DNA from: Podarcis erhardii
Taxonomy: Eukaryota
Assembly (NCBI GenBank): GCA_964252035.1
Contig: OZ176205.1
Length of the DNA: 64,000 bases
Direction: 5' to 3' (one strand)
The position numbers were made by a program, and so were the translations under genes. The notes under the pieces are model-generated. The model did no database searches, had not been told where the DNA came from, and worked only from the letters and a program-made list of their open reading frames with translations. This document shows, one piece after another, positions 50,011 to 61,584 of this stretch. The stretch's first letter is position 1; each line of letters begins with the position of its first letter.

Positions 50011-53000
50011 ATACCTGAATTACTAGTTTTGCTAATAACATTTGCATATATTGGTTTATTAATTCTGCCTATAGTGCACTTCTGAGATTTAGCTCTAGGC
50101 TGAAGGTTGGACATTGAAAGGCTTCTGGTCCTTTCAGAATATTGGGTTTGGGGCATTGTTAGAGCCCATTATTTGACAGAATTACTTCTAGGCATGTGCC
50201 AGATTGCTTAACATGGCCTGGAAGTAATTTTTGCAGCGTAATCTTGGAAGAATTTGGTCCCCAATCAGAGTCAACCTTCCTGTGATTTGCGTATAGTAAA
50301 ATGCAGCTGTGAGTGAAAGAATTTCCTTAAAAGTGAGCTGTCATTACAAAAATAACCTAGAATCCACATAAAGGAAAGAACAGCTGAAAAGCGTAAATAC
50401 TTTGCATAGCTGTGAACAATCAAATACTAAAGGAAGAACTCTACTCAACCTGCAGCTGTGACTGAAAAATGCCAAGAGGATGTTGGGTCACATAAAGGAA
50501 GGGAAACCCATATGGAAAATATCCTAATGCTCCTGGACAATTTGATGGTTCCCTCTTATCTGGGTAATGTCTGCATCACTGCTCACTTTATCCTTCAAAG
50601 GAAATTACTCAGTCAGAGCTTGAGAAGGTGATTTCACAACCTCCTTGGGCAGCCTGTTCCATCGCTGTAGTGATCTGACAGTTAGGAAAACCTTTCCTAA
50701 TGGATGACTTAAATCTAAATGCTTTTAATTGAAATCCTTTGGTCTGTGTCTTATTCCTAAAAGACATGGTGAAGAAAAGTTCTCTCCATCTTGGGAGTTG
50801 AGGATGGAGGTGGAAACCCACCAGGAATGCCTTTCTGTGCAACCCTCACTGAAATGAGTTGAAGTTGCACAGCAGTACAGTATTTGTGTGTAATGCCCAT
50901 TGATTCCAGAGCCGCTGGCTCAGAACCCAAAGTGGATCATGCTCTGCATGTGAATCTTTAGATATGGTTACAGGAAATCTAGGACAGCATAAAAATGGCT
51001 GATGGTATGCATTTAGTAGATTATTGTTTTACAATAAACCTTGAAGAGTGGCAGACAAAAATCTGCCCTTTGATCAGATTTAAATACAACAGAGGATGAG
51101 CTCACTTCTCTAGGGTGACCATAGCGTGGAATTTAAAGCCAGTTTGGACATTTCTGTGAGTGAAAAAGAAAGCAATTCAGGGCTTGAGCAATTAACAGGA
51201 AATAAAAAAACTCTAGTTCCAGGGATGTTTCTAGTGCCTGATTGGAAGCTGTAGAAAAAAGAAGACAGATTTTTCTGATACTTGTTGCTGCAAGAGTCTG
51301 GCACTTTTGTTTGAATGCTTTGCAATTGGACCATGGACTTCAGTTGAGCCCAGATGTGGTGGCACTCTCCTTGCAGAATTTTATGAGACCTAAATGTATC
51401 TCAGTGTTCTGAGCAGGCTTAAGGAAAATGGCAATGGTTTAAATAATACGCTCATAATAGCCCTTACACACATGCTTACACATATTCTTACAGTGTCTGG
51501 TAGGATCCTTGATCATTGTGGCATAGAATGTAAGCACAAGTTCTTCAGTAGCAAAACCCATGAAGAAATGTACTAGCTGTGCAGGACAAGTCGGAGCCTT
51601 CTTTGTGGTGGCACCCTATTTGTGGAGTTTTCACTTATTAACAGCAGATGTGGCAAACCTTCTTAAAGACAAAGGGTTGCATTCCCATCTGTGAAAGCTT
51701 CTTGAGGGCCACATGCCAGTGGCAAATGAGGCTAGAGGCAAATGTGGGCCAAGCAACAAATGTAAATGTTGTCTTTATACCATAAACTAGTTTCTACACA
51801 CACTGACACACCCACCCTGCTATTCTCTGTCAAGACAAGCAAGAGGCATTCTCAGAGTTCAAGGACACATTCCAGCCAGGCAAAGGGTATGAAGCAGGGC
51901 CTGTGATGGGTGTTGCCTGGGGAGAGTCCTGAGGTTCAGCCAGAGAAGTCTATAGGGTTTCATCTGGCCCCAGGCCTGAGGTTCCCCACCCACAGCTATG
52001 TTAGGCACCTACAGTGTGACCATGTGAACAGCAAGTGAGGTGTACCTGTTTACTCAAACTTTTTAGGTTTTAAACAACTGACTGATTTAGCTCTCTTCTC
52101 CTTTTTAGTTGTCTTTGTTGGTGTAAGAACATATTTTTTCTTTTACTGCTTTTTAAAAATAAAAGAGGGCTTGGAAGTGTGCCAGGCGTGAATATTCTTG
52201 CCTGTATTGGTTCATTGTCTTATTCTGGCAACCAGGAGGTTGTTTACTAGTCTGCTCCCTGCCAGTCTCATTGGTGGTTCAGGGAGAAAGTCCCACCTAC
52301 TTGCCCCTCTGCAAACTTGCTCTCTTCTTCCAGTCACGTGGCCTTGATTCATATATTGGTGTGTTGCCCTTTTATTTATTTTTCTCTTTCTGCACAGTTC
52401 ATGCATTTACTGGTTGTTTATAGCGAGGACAAAGGCTCAGAGTCCCTAAATCAAAAGTGATGCTGGCATAATTATAAGCACAAGCTGGCGTTGCAAAGAG
52501 GGCTGCAGGGAGAGGTTGTCAGAAGACGGGAGAATCCAAGATATATTAACCTCAAAAATTCCAGCTAATCACTTCTTCAATGTGAGCAATCCATTTTTTG
52601 AGATATGATTATTTGGGGACTTTAGTAATAATAAATAATTCTAATAGATTACAGAGAGGGAGGGCCTGACACTACATGTTTTTCAAGAATCCTTCCATTG
52701 CACTTGCTTAACAACGAACTTTCTCCGGTGTTGCAGTGGGGTGCTAAGGGAAGCACTTTATTGCCTAGTGGAAAATAGCAGGTTGTGATTGGCCACCTTT
52801 AATCTAATGTGGCTCCCGAAGGCTTTCAATCTGCCATAAATCCCAACATGCAGTGTTGCCATTTTGAGCTGAGATGTGTTGCAAGATACAGAATGGTCAC
52901 CAGCATTTTTTGGAAGCATCTTTGTCAAACTGATTCAACCCTGTGCCTCATCCCAGTGTTTTGTTTCCAGCACTATCCAGTCAAAGAGCAATGCTAAACA

Positions 53001-54706
53001 GCTGGATTAATCTGCCCCCATTAAAGATCCATGCAAGACTTGTCTGGGAAGGAAATGGAGAAGTGTGCGTAGGAACAAAACTGCACATGCTGCTAATATC
53101 AACTTCATACTCGGTTTTACATAAGCCTTCAGTACATGTACCAGCATGTGACTATTGACATCCCCAGTTTTGCTCATAAATTGATACAAGCATCCTTTTG
53201 AAGCAGAAAGGGTTAATTGACAGAGTTGGGAATGAAGCTGTATCTCTTCTTATCCAGTGTAGTGGGATCTCTGCTGAAGGGCTGATGTGGAATGTGGACT
53301 CTTAATGCAGGGAAACGTCCTTCCTGCACATTATTAGGGCAATAACTTGGGACTACTAGATTAGAGGAACTTTAGTGAGCTCTGTCACAGGCACTGTCGT
53401 GTCAGAAAGGCACTTCTATTACAGGCGTTGGGTTATCCAGATCTCTTTGAGGGCAAATAGTGCTGAATCTCACTTCTGAACCTAGATAGGTCTCTGAAGG
53501 AAGCAGAAAAGAGCATAGAACATCAACAGTTTTAGTCACAGGTCCTGCTTGAGGGAAACACGACACATAGCCAGGGGAATAGGTCCTCGTGGTAGCCAAA
53601 ACCAGCACCGTTTATCAGAGTCCTGCATTTTGTAGCCTTAGAGTTCTGTCAAACTTGATTGCACCAAAAATCTTGCAAGATTTGAGAATGCCTGCTCTTC
53701 TTAGCTGCCTGTGCTTTTGGCTGCCGAGGTGAGTGGAGCATTGGGCCTTCCTGCTGCCGTTGAGACAGCCAGGCTAACGGAGCCTACCTAACAGATTATC
53801 AGCGCCCTGTGAGTAATAGACTCCTCATTTAGTTTTAATACATTTTGCATAGAGAGCAATCAACCTTCATCAGTCTTAAAGATGAATTGGCTTAGCCAGC
53901 TAAATTTTAAAGATATTAGTTCGACAGCAGCCGCATAAATCATAACGTTTTCTTAATGACGGTAAAATTAAAATATACTCTTGCTTGAAGAAGCCAATGG
54001 AGCTTTCATGTTCACAGGCCAAATCCTCCCCCAAAATTAAAGGAAAGCTTAATTGATGTTCTCTAAAGCCGAGTAAACTCAAAACAGTCCCGCTTCTCCT
54101 GAGTTGGCCTCGTATTTCTTCTGCGGTCTATTGGTAGATCTAAATCCATCCAGACTGCTTCTGTCCCTTTCTATTCTTGAAGCTGCCAATATATCAGGCC
54201 AAAACATAGCAAGGCAATAATCCTGGCTGTTTAAAGACTCTGGGTCCAGCTGTCAGCCCTTCCTCGCTTGTCATTGATGGAGCTCTGATTGACACATGAA
54301 GGAGATCCTCCTTATTTCCTTCTGCTAGTATATAGAAGACAGCATATCTGGAGCTGCGATTAGCAGGGAGGAGTGAGCTAGAAACCTAACAAAGCTCTTT
54401 CAGATAGGAAAGATGCTTATTCTGAATGGAAAGCATCACATGGCTTCCCCCCAGATCTCAGCCATACAAGTGTTGTTCTACTGGCTAGAAAACCTATATA
54501 GTGAGGTGGTAGATTTTCTAAGGATACATGAAGAGCCTCAAAACAGGATGTGATGAAATAGTGTTGCCTTGTGAGGAGATTCTGTTCTCTTAAGCAGGGT
54601 ACCATGTGTTAAGAATCTAATCTTCCATGTTTTATTGTTGACCCTTGTTGGCATCTTCAAAATCCCATTAGACATCTCATTCTGGCTACTTCCACATACT
54701 CTAAGG

Positions 54707-54842
54707 CAGGGTTTCTCAAACTTGGGTCTCCAGCTGTTGTTGGACTACAACTCCCATCATCCCTAGCTAGCAGGACCAGTGGTCAGGGGTGATGGGAATT
54801 GTAGTCCAAAAGCAGCTTGAGGCCCAAGTTTAGGAAACCCTG
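54707..54842. mobile_element. hAT palindromic MITE, 136 bp, intron 7
   Basis: Exact 8-bp TSD ctctaagg; TIR cagggtttc. Confidence 0.9.
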
Positions 54843-56413
54843 CTCTAAGGCAACCTCTGCCTGCCCTTTGCGGATTTGGGAATTCTTCACAAACCCCATT
54901 TCTGGCCTGAAGTTCTGAGAACCTACTGCAAAGGGATGGGCACTATGGGGGGTAGTAATGACTAAGAGAAGGCAAAAATTATTGTTGCCTCATGAGAATT
55001 CTGATAGTGCCTACCTGAAACCAGGCCTCTGATTGGCTTACCTTGGCAGCCAGTAGAAATCTGTTTCCCTCTCACCACTGCAGTTGATCCCTTCACTTGT
55101 AGGTGAGGCTGATTTATGTGAGTATCTGTGCTGCGTCTTTCCTGATTTTAGGCTGATTGTTTTTCACAAGATGGTTGCAACCATGCTGTGATTGTCCATG
55201 AGGTTGGCAGCCTTGGTGGTGTGTCCCAGCAGTATTTGTCAATGCAGAGAGACGCTTTACATGATATAATCCTCCTGCGAGTTGGTAATGCGAATCTGCT
55301 CTAAATTATTTAACTGGTCAGAGGCTGGAAGCAACTGGGAAGTTTTTCCAGTTTCCTGCTCCCAGTATCTTCATGACTTGGAAGTGGCCCTTTGAGAGAG
55401 GCTAATATCTATATTTCCTATTGAAAAATCAAGGAGCACTGACCTGATACTGGAAACTGAGCAGTGGTGCAGGGATCAACTTTCTGCTTGTGTAAGAAAA
55501 GGGCAAAAGGCAGGAATGGAAAGAGGCAGGTATCCAAACTCGATGCCCTTCCAGGTAGTCCTTGTTATACTTGGGTTTTTGGAAGCCCAAAGGTGTGTTT
55601 GAAGGCCATTAGCTTGGCTAGTTTTCCCTGCATGCTCAAGTCCCCTTTTCCTACTTGAAATTGTGTTTGAGTTCTTTGTACTTTTCCTTAGCTGCTTGTT
55701 CTGAGTTGCTCCTGCCTGTAGGGTTGTAGTGAGGGTGGTTTGGGGGTTTTTTTGAGCTAAGCGTGATATCATGCCCAGCTTGGGTTCCCTGCCCCTGCCT
55801 AATACTTCCCTGCTCCCCATACCCCCCTCAGCTCCACTGTGAATGTGTGTTCACACTTCTGCCAATTGAGTTAGTGTGTGTGCTCTTTGTGCCTCTTTGC
55901 GTCTTTTGTTAGAAAACTGGCTCTGTAAATGAATCCCACGGCTCTGGGCTCGGCAGGTAAAGGGAGAAGGAAGTCTGTTAGTGCACGAGTCTAATCAGGC
56001 TGGCAAGAGCAAGTAAAGTAGGGCAGCATCGCACATTAGCTGCTGTGTAATTGAGCTCTTTGATGGGCAGGGCACTGCGGGAGAGGGTTCGAAGCGGAGC
56101 AGAACTTTTGTTGTTAATTCAGTTGCACATGGAAGCTGTAAAGCTGTGCATCTCCGCATCTTGGCACCGGGAGGAACTGAAAAGCCCTTGCGACCAGGCT
56201 TTTCAGTCCCTGCCCTTGGCCCTCGTCTGCAAACTTTCAGGCCTTCTTTTTGCCTCCCTCTCCCAGCACTTGATTTCCCTTTTCTCTCTTTCTTTCTTTG
56301 GCTCGCTTTTTTCCCCGTGCACTATAAAAAGCAAAGCTCCCTTGCCGTTTGAACTAGGCGGCTGTGAGTGAGGGCTAGCTCAGAGCTGTGTGGCTGTTAC
56401 CTTTGTATTCCAG

Positions 56414-56486
56414 ATGAAACTGCCGAGCTCCGTGGGACAGAAGAAGATTAAAGCCTTGGAGCAGATGCTGATGGAACTCGGAGTAG
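56414..56486 (+). CDS. DMAP1: DMAP1 coding exon 8 (MKLPSSVGQKKIKALEQMLMELGV), 73 nt
   Basis: ttgtattccag acceptor, tag|gtgagt donor (phase 1); continues RSQR-MKLP as in other DMAP1 proteins. Confidence 0.97.
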
Positions 56487-57117
56487 GTGAGTAAAGAGGG
56501 CAGGTAGAGAGAGAGAGAGACCCATGGAGCAAAGCCTTTGTAGTCGAGAGGGGCTATTTTTTCCCCCAAGTAATACAGCCAGTTCCTTGAATAACACTAT
56601 GTGAATGGGTTTGAAAATAAGATCTTATGTGTTTTGTTAAAAAAAAAGAAGCAGCAGCAGAGGGGTAAAAGCCAGAAGATGATGCACAAGAATATCCCCT
56701 CTCAAAAAATTCCTCCCAGTCGAAAAGTATTTGAACAGAGTCTTTTGTCTCTTTCTCTCTTGTTTGGGTTCTTTAAGCCATCGAGAGTGACAGCCCAGTA
56801 TTAAGGAGGCAAATCTCTTCGTGCAGGGAGAGGTGCTGTGAAAGGGGTTAGTGGCCATTGTCTGTGAGACTCTGCCTGGCTTTTGTGCTTCCTTGTTGCT
56901 CCTCTTATGGATGGGTCCCACGCAACCTGTGTGGGGATATGCCTGGCCTGCACTTTTTGGCTAAGGGGCAAAATACAACCCCCCCCAGCCTCTCCTGGGT
57001 AGGGAAGGCAGTGGACTCCCTGGATTCAGCGAGAACAGTAATGCTTGGCTTCAGTGGCTTGCTCAGGTTGTGTACTAACGGGGTTGCTCCTCCTTTGAAG
57101 AGGAGCTTCTTCTAGAC

Positions 57118-57248
57118 CATCCCAACCTTGGGTCTCCAGCTGTTTTGGGACTACAACGCCCATCATCCCTAGCTAGCAAGACCAGTGGTCAGGGACGATG
57201 GGAACTGTAGTCCAAAAACAGCTGGAGACCCAAGATTGCAAAATACTG
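57118..57248. mobile_element. hAT palindromic MITE, intron 8 (left end eroded)
   Basis: Exact 8-bp TSD ttctagac; same internal palindrome as 54707. Confidence 0.85.
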
Positions 57249-57491
57249 TTCTAGACTGTCCTCACATCCCTGGCTTGGCACAGCAGTGAAGGCTTGGCTG
57301 GCAGTGAGTCTGATGCAGGCAAAACTTCCCAGTTGTGCTACATCTGAGTTAATAAAGGACTCGACTTTTTAATGCTTTCTGCTTTAGCCAGTTTGGACTG
57401 AACCTAGACCTACAGAGGAGCATTGGAGCAGTCTGCAGCTGGCAAGGGACAGACTTCCCTTGCTTAACTTTCTTCCTTTCGCCTCCTCCAG

Positions 57492-57775
57492 ACCTGAGTC
57501 CGATGCCGACAGAGGAGATTGTCCAGATGTTCAACGAGCTGCGCAGTGATCTGGTGCTGCTGTATGAGCTCAAGCAAGCATTTGCAAACTGTGAATATGA
57601 GCTGCAGATGTTGCGGCACCGCTATGAAGCATTGGCCAAAGCGGGTAGCACAGGGCCCAGCACAGATGGTGGCTCACATGCTGATGGACAGTCAGGCTTG
57701 TGCACTGAAGAGAGCAAGGGTGACGCAAAGGAGCAGATCATTGATGTGGTGGGGGCTCCCCTCACACCCAATTCG
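57492..57775 (+). CDS. DMAP1: DMAP1 coding exon 9 (D-LSPMPTEEIVQMFNELRSDLVLLYELKQ...IIDVVGAPLTPNS), 284 nt
   Basis: cctcctccag acceptor completes a phase-1 Asp codon; tcg|gtgagt donor; conserved FNELRSDLVLLYELKQ. Confidence 0.97.
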
Positions 57776-57847
57776 GTGAGTAGATATTGATGTTGGCATG
57801 CCCTTGCACCCCTTTAGGCCTGCTTGAAAAAATAACACTGCAAACCA

Positions 57848-58114
57848 AGAATCATAGAATTGTAGAGACCCAAGGGTCATCTAGTCCAACCCTCTGCAAT
57901 GAAGGACTGAACTAAAGCATGCATAGCCATCCAATCTCTGCTTTAGAACCTCAGAGAGTCCACCACATCTTGTGAGGGTCTGTTCCACGGTCAAACAGCT
58001 CTTACTGTCAGAAAGTCCTTCCTGATGCTTAGTCAGAATATCCTTTCTTGTAACTTGAAGCCAGTGGTTCAAGTGCTGCCCTTCAGAGCAGGAGAAAACA
58101 AGCTTGCTCCATCT
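57848..58114 (-). mobile_element. CR1 LINE 3' end, intron 9; a further minus fragment near 50615-50760
   Basis: agaatcatagaat...ggtcatctagtccaaccc...ctgttccac is the reverse complement of a CR1 tail. Confidence 0.85.
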
Positions 58115-58437
58115 CCTCTCAGTAAGGGAGATCCTCTGTCTTTCCGCTCCATGGTTCTATGCCCAAGAAAGTTTTTTCCAGTGGAGTAAATGGGATTAAT
58201 GCAATGACTTGTGCTTAGTCAGCTGGCCACCAAACCCTTCTTGCTTCCTTGCATAATGGCTGTCCCAGTATGTTGGCACAGCAGTGTGTCAGGATGTTTT
58301 TTTTTTAAAAAAATGACTTCTTTTTTTGATATTCAAGTAACTTTCTCTGTAACCTCTAAAGGTGACATGGAGTTTTGAGTAACCGCTCATTCTTAGAGGC
58401 TTCTCCTACTGAATGGGCTTCACCATACTATTGAGCC

Positions 58438-58635
58438 GTGGAATTTGAGCAGTGGAATTTGCTGCCAAGGAGTGTGGTGGAGTCTCCTTCTTTGGAGGTC
58501 TTTAAGCAGAGGCTTGACAACCATATGTCAGGAGTGCTCTGATGGTGTTTCCTGCTTGGCAGGGGGTTGGACTCGATGGCCCTTGTGGTCTCTTCCAACT
58601 CTATGATTCTATGATTCTATTCTATGATTCTATGA
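58438..58635 (+). mobile_element. CR1 LINE 3' end, intron 9
   Basis: gggttggactcgatggccc...ttccaactct followed by (ATTCTATG)n tail; possible tgagcc TSD. Confidence 0.92.
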
Positions 58636-59446
58636 GCCCCACATCTCTGTGTCATAAATTCTCACCTGCTTTGGGGGGCAGGGTCAGCAAGCCTCAGCAG
58701 CAGGCCAGTTCAGAATCCTTTTCTTCCTCTAGAGAGTTTTCACTGACTTGTGTCTGTTTGCAAAACATTGCACTTATGTTTCCCTAGTGCTGTTCTTTTC
58801 CAACTCCATGCTTGGAATAGGAACAAAAAGAATGAAGGCAGCACCAGGAGGGTTAATGTGACCTGGGCTCTGACATATTTGAAAGAAATATAATCAGGTT
58901 AATTCACTGCAAGGCAAATTTGGTACCTAAAGGGCCCCCCTGTTAAATACAGCTCTGACCTTTACCGGCTGGTTACACAAAGACGACACAATTAGATTAG
59001 TCCAAGACAAAAGGTCAAGCGCATTCACACTGTGACCACTTTATGCTGTCTTTGGAGGGGAAAGAAATTCCACCCAGCAGGAGGGGGGCATCTCAGGGAG
59101 GTTCACTGTTGCTGCCAAGATGGAGGGGAGGGGCATAAGTATGTGGGGGAGTGGTGTCATTGGGGTGTGTGTGGAATGACACTGCTGCCAATCAGAGAAG
59201 CTGCCCCACTTTCGATGGAGTGTGTGTCTCTCTCCCTGCCTTTCAGGGAGCTGATCCTGTTGCTGTGGGAGTTATTTGGGCATAGACCCATTCTGCTCCA
59301 TGACTAAAGCATCCGGAGTATTTTTCCTATGGCCTGTCTCTATGTATATGACACCACCTGAGTGAACAAGTGGACATTGGCTTAAACAGGTGGTCAGTGA
59401 GTGATAATTTTCTGCAATTCTCACGTGGGAGCCATTGTTGTTGTTG

Positions 59447-59627
59447 TGGCTAGATTATTGGGGTTGAACATGGGAAGCCTGGGTTCAAATCACTATTTGG
59501 CTATGAAGCTGAGTGACCTGGGCAAGGCAGCATTTCTCAGGCTGGTCTACCACATAGAATTGTTGCTAGGCTAAATTGTCATTCTGAGCTCCTGTGTGGG
59601 AAAGTGTAACAAATAAAACACTCTCTA
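59447..59627 (+). mobile_element. Decayed MIR-like/CORE-type SINE
   Basis: cctgggttcaaatc B-box, then gtgacctgggcaag core. Confidence 0.55.
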
Positions 59628-61556
59628 AATGCTTGCAGCTCCAGTAGTGTGGCCTTTCCCTAATCCATGATATGCAGAAAAGACAAGAGCACAGAACAAT
59701 CCCGGCACTGACACGCAGAATGAAGACTATTAGACTTTACCATGGCAGCCAGGGTGATCCTGTAGACTAGAGAACACATAAAATATCATGCCTGTCTCCA
59801 ACAGCTCTTGTTAAGTTGCCTGGCATGGAGCTACTATGTATGTGGAGAAACACATCTTGGCTTGACGTTTCACCATATTCTCTGCATATTAAAAAGTGGC
59901 TTGTTTGGTATTTTCCAAAAGTTCTAGCTTTCAGTTTTCTGCTCCCTCTCCTGACAGCACCTCCTTCCCACTAATGAATTTGGAATCCTCCCCACTGTAT
60001 CCTGCATTAGCAACAAACCCACCCGCCATATGCTCTCTCATCCCAAATAATATATACAGGCATTTGAACCACCTGTGAATGGCAACCAAATTGCTAGTCA
60101 TTGGTGTGGACCTGAAAGACTACACAGGAACCTTAGAGGAGCAATTGTTCCTTCCCCAAAGCTTCTTCAATATTTCACTTGGGGTTCTAGCTCTGTTACA
60201 ATGGAAAGTGGGCTCTTTTTTGTAATTCTGTAGGAGAGATGGTCTAGTATTCAAGCATCTGCACGTGACACCACTAGGCTTTTAGTGCTACATTTCCCTC
60301 TCACCGCAGGCTGGAAAAAAATAGAAGAGAATATCCACTTTCATAGGCTCAGCTTTTGGCCACCGGACTGCCAGCCCAGTGCACCCCAGCCTTGGTTAGT
60401 CTGCTGTGGGCATGTCATGATGCCCACTGCTGGCAGCCCACAGTGAAGGGAGCCTTCTCCCCACCCCCACCCCAGAGCATTGCTCTGCTGACCCAGGAGG
60501 GACGCTACTCTGGGCCTTTGCAGGGTGAAAGGTGAGTATAACTTGGGAACAAATTAGTTCCAAGCAGAAGTGCAGCCAGTTACTCCAGATTAGAGCCTTT
60601 GATTTGTGCGACTCAGACTCCACTCGCCCATCCATAATGAGTTGACTCTCCTCAGAATTCCTCACATCAGCGCACTTTGTTCCTGGGCTCACAAGTCAGC
60701 CCATTAATGGGGAAAGGAAAGGACCTTGCCTCTAAGAAGTCTCAGGTTCAGAGTCAGAATCATTTGACTTTTAAGCTGCCTTTATCTGAACTCCTGCCGG
60801 CTCCTTGTTTTCTGAGCCTGCTTGAAAGTGAGAAGTTACATTGTTAACATCAAACATCCTTCCTTCCAGATGGAGTTAGAAAGCTCGCTTGCGCGTCTAT
60901 ATAAATGTGTATCTGTATCATGATACGTGTGTGTTTTATAATATATATTTTCTCATTTTAAAATCATTCCTTTCCATTAACAGGGAGCCAGGTTCCCAGG
61001 CTCTTGTAAATTACAATGTAGAACATTTTTCCTAACCAGACACTTTCAGTTTTTGCCCACGGCGACGGGCAGAGCCAAGCTAGGGAAGGTGATTAATATG
61101 AATTTGTGACATATTTGAAAGATGGCTCTTTTGCCATATAAAGATTATCAAACACATGCGCTCATCCCCATTAATTCGCCAGCCTCCCTGGGAAGCTCTC
61201 GGGCCCCCACTCCTTTGTTTCCAGGTTGGGCTGGCTGCTTTAAATGTACCTTTGCTCCTAATTCCCCAAAATTCTGGGTATTGTTTTTCACAGGGTGCCA
61301 GTTAACAAAGTGGTGCGCTTTCCCCACTAATCAAAGCCACTGAAGGCAGTTAGGCATGCATTTTCTGCCATGGAGATAGTTGCATCCCCAAGAAGTGTGG
61401 GGGCTTCATTATTAATACAGGCTCTCAATCATTTATGCCTGAAACATTTAAAACAAGGAAAGGTGGTGGATGGCAGCCTGTGGTTCCCAAGAGGGCTCAT
61501 TTTAATTTCTTTCCTCCATTCACCGTGGACCTGGAAAAGGAAATGGTGGTGGGTGG

Positions 61557-61584
61557 GTTTGTTTGTTTGTTTGTTTGTTTGTTT
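61557..61584. repeat. (GTTT)7 microsatellite
   Basis: Direct reading. Confidence 0.9.

Noticed and set aside
56332-56363. Cassette exon ending at gct|gtgagt just before exon 8
   Set aside because: The downstream intron would be only 50 nt, below the usual vertebrate minimum.
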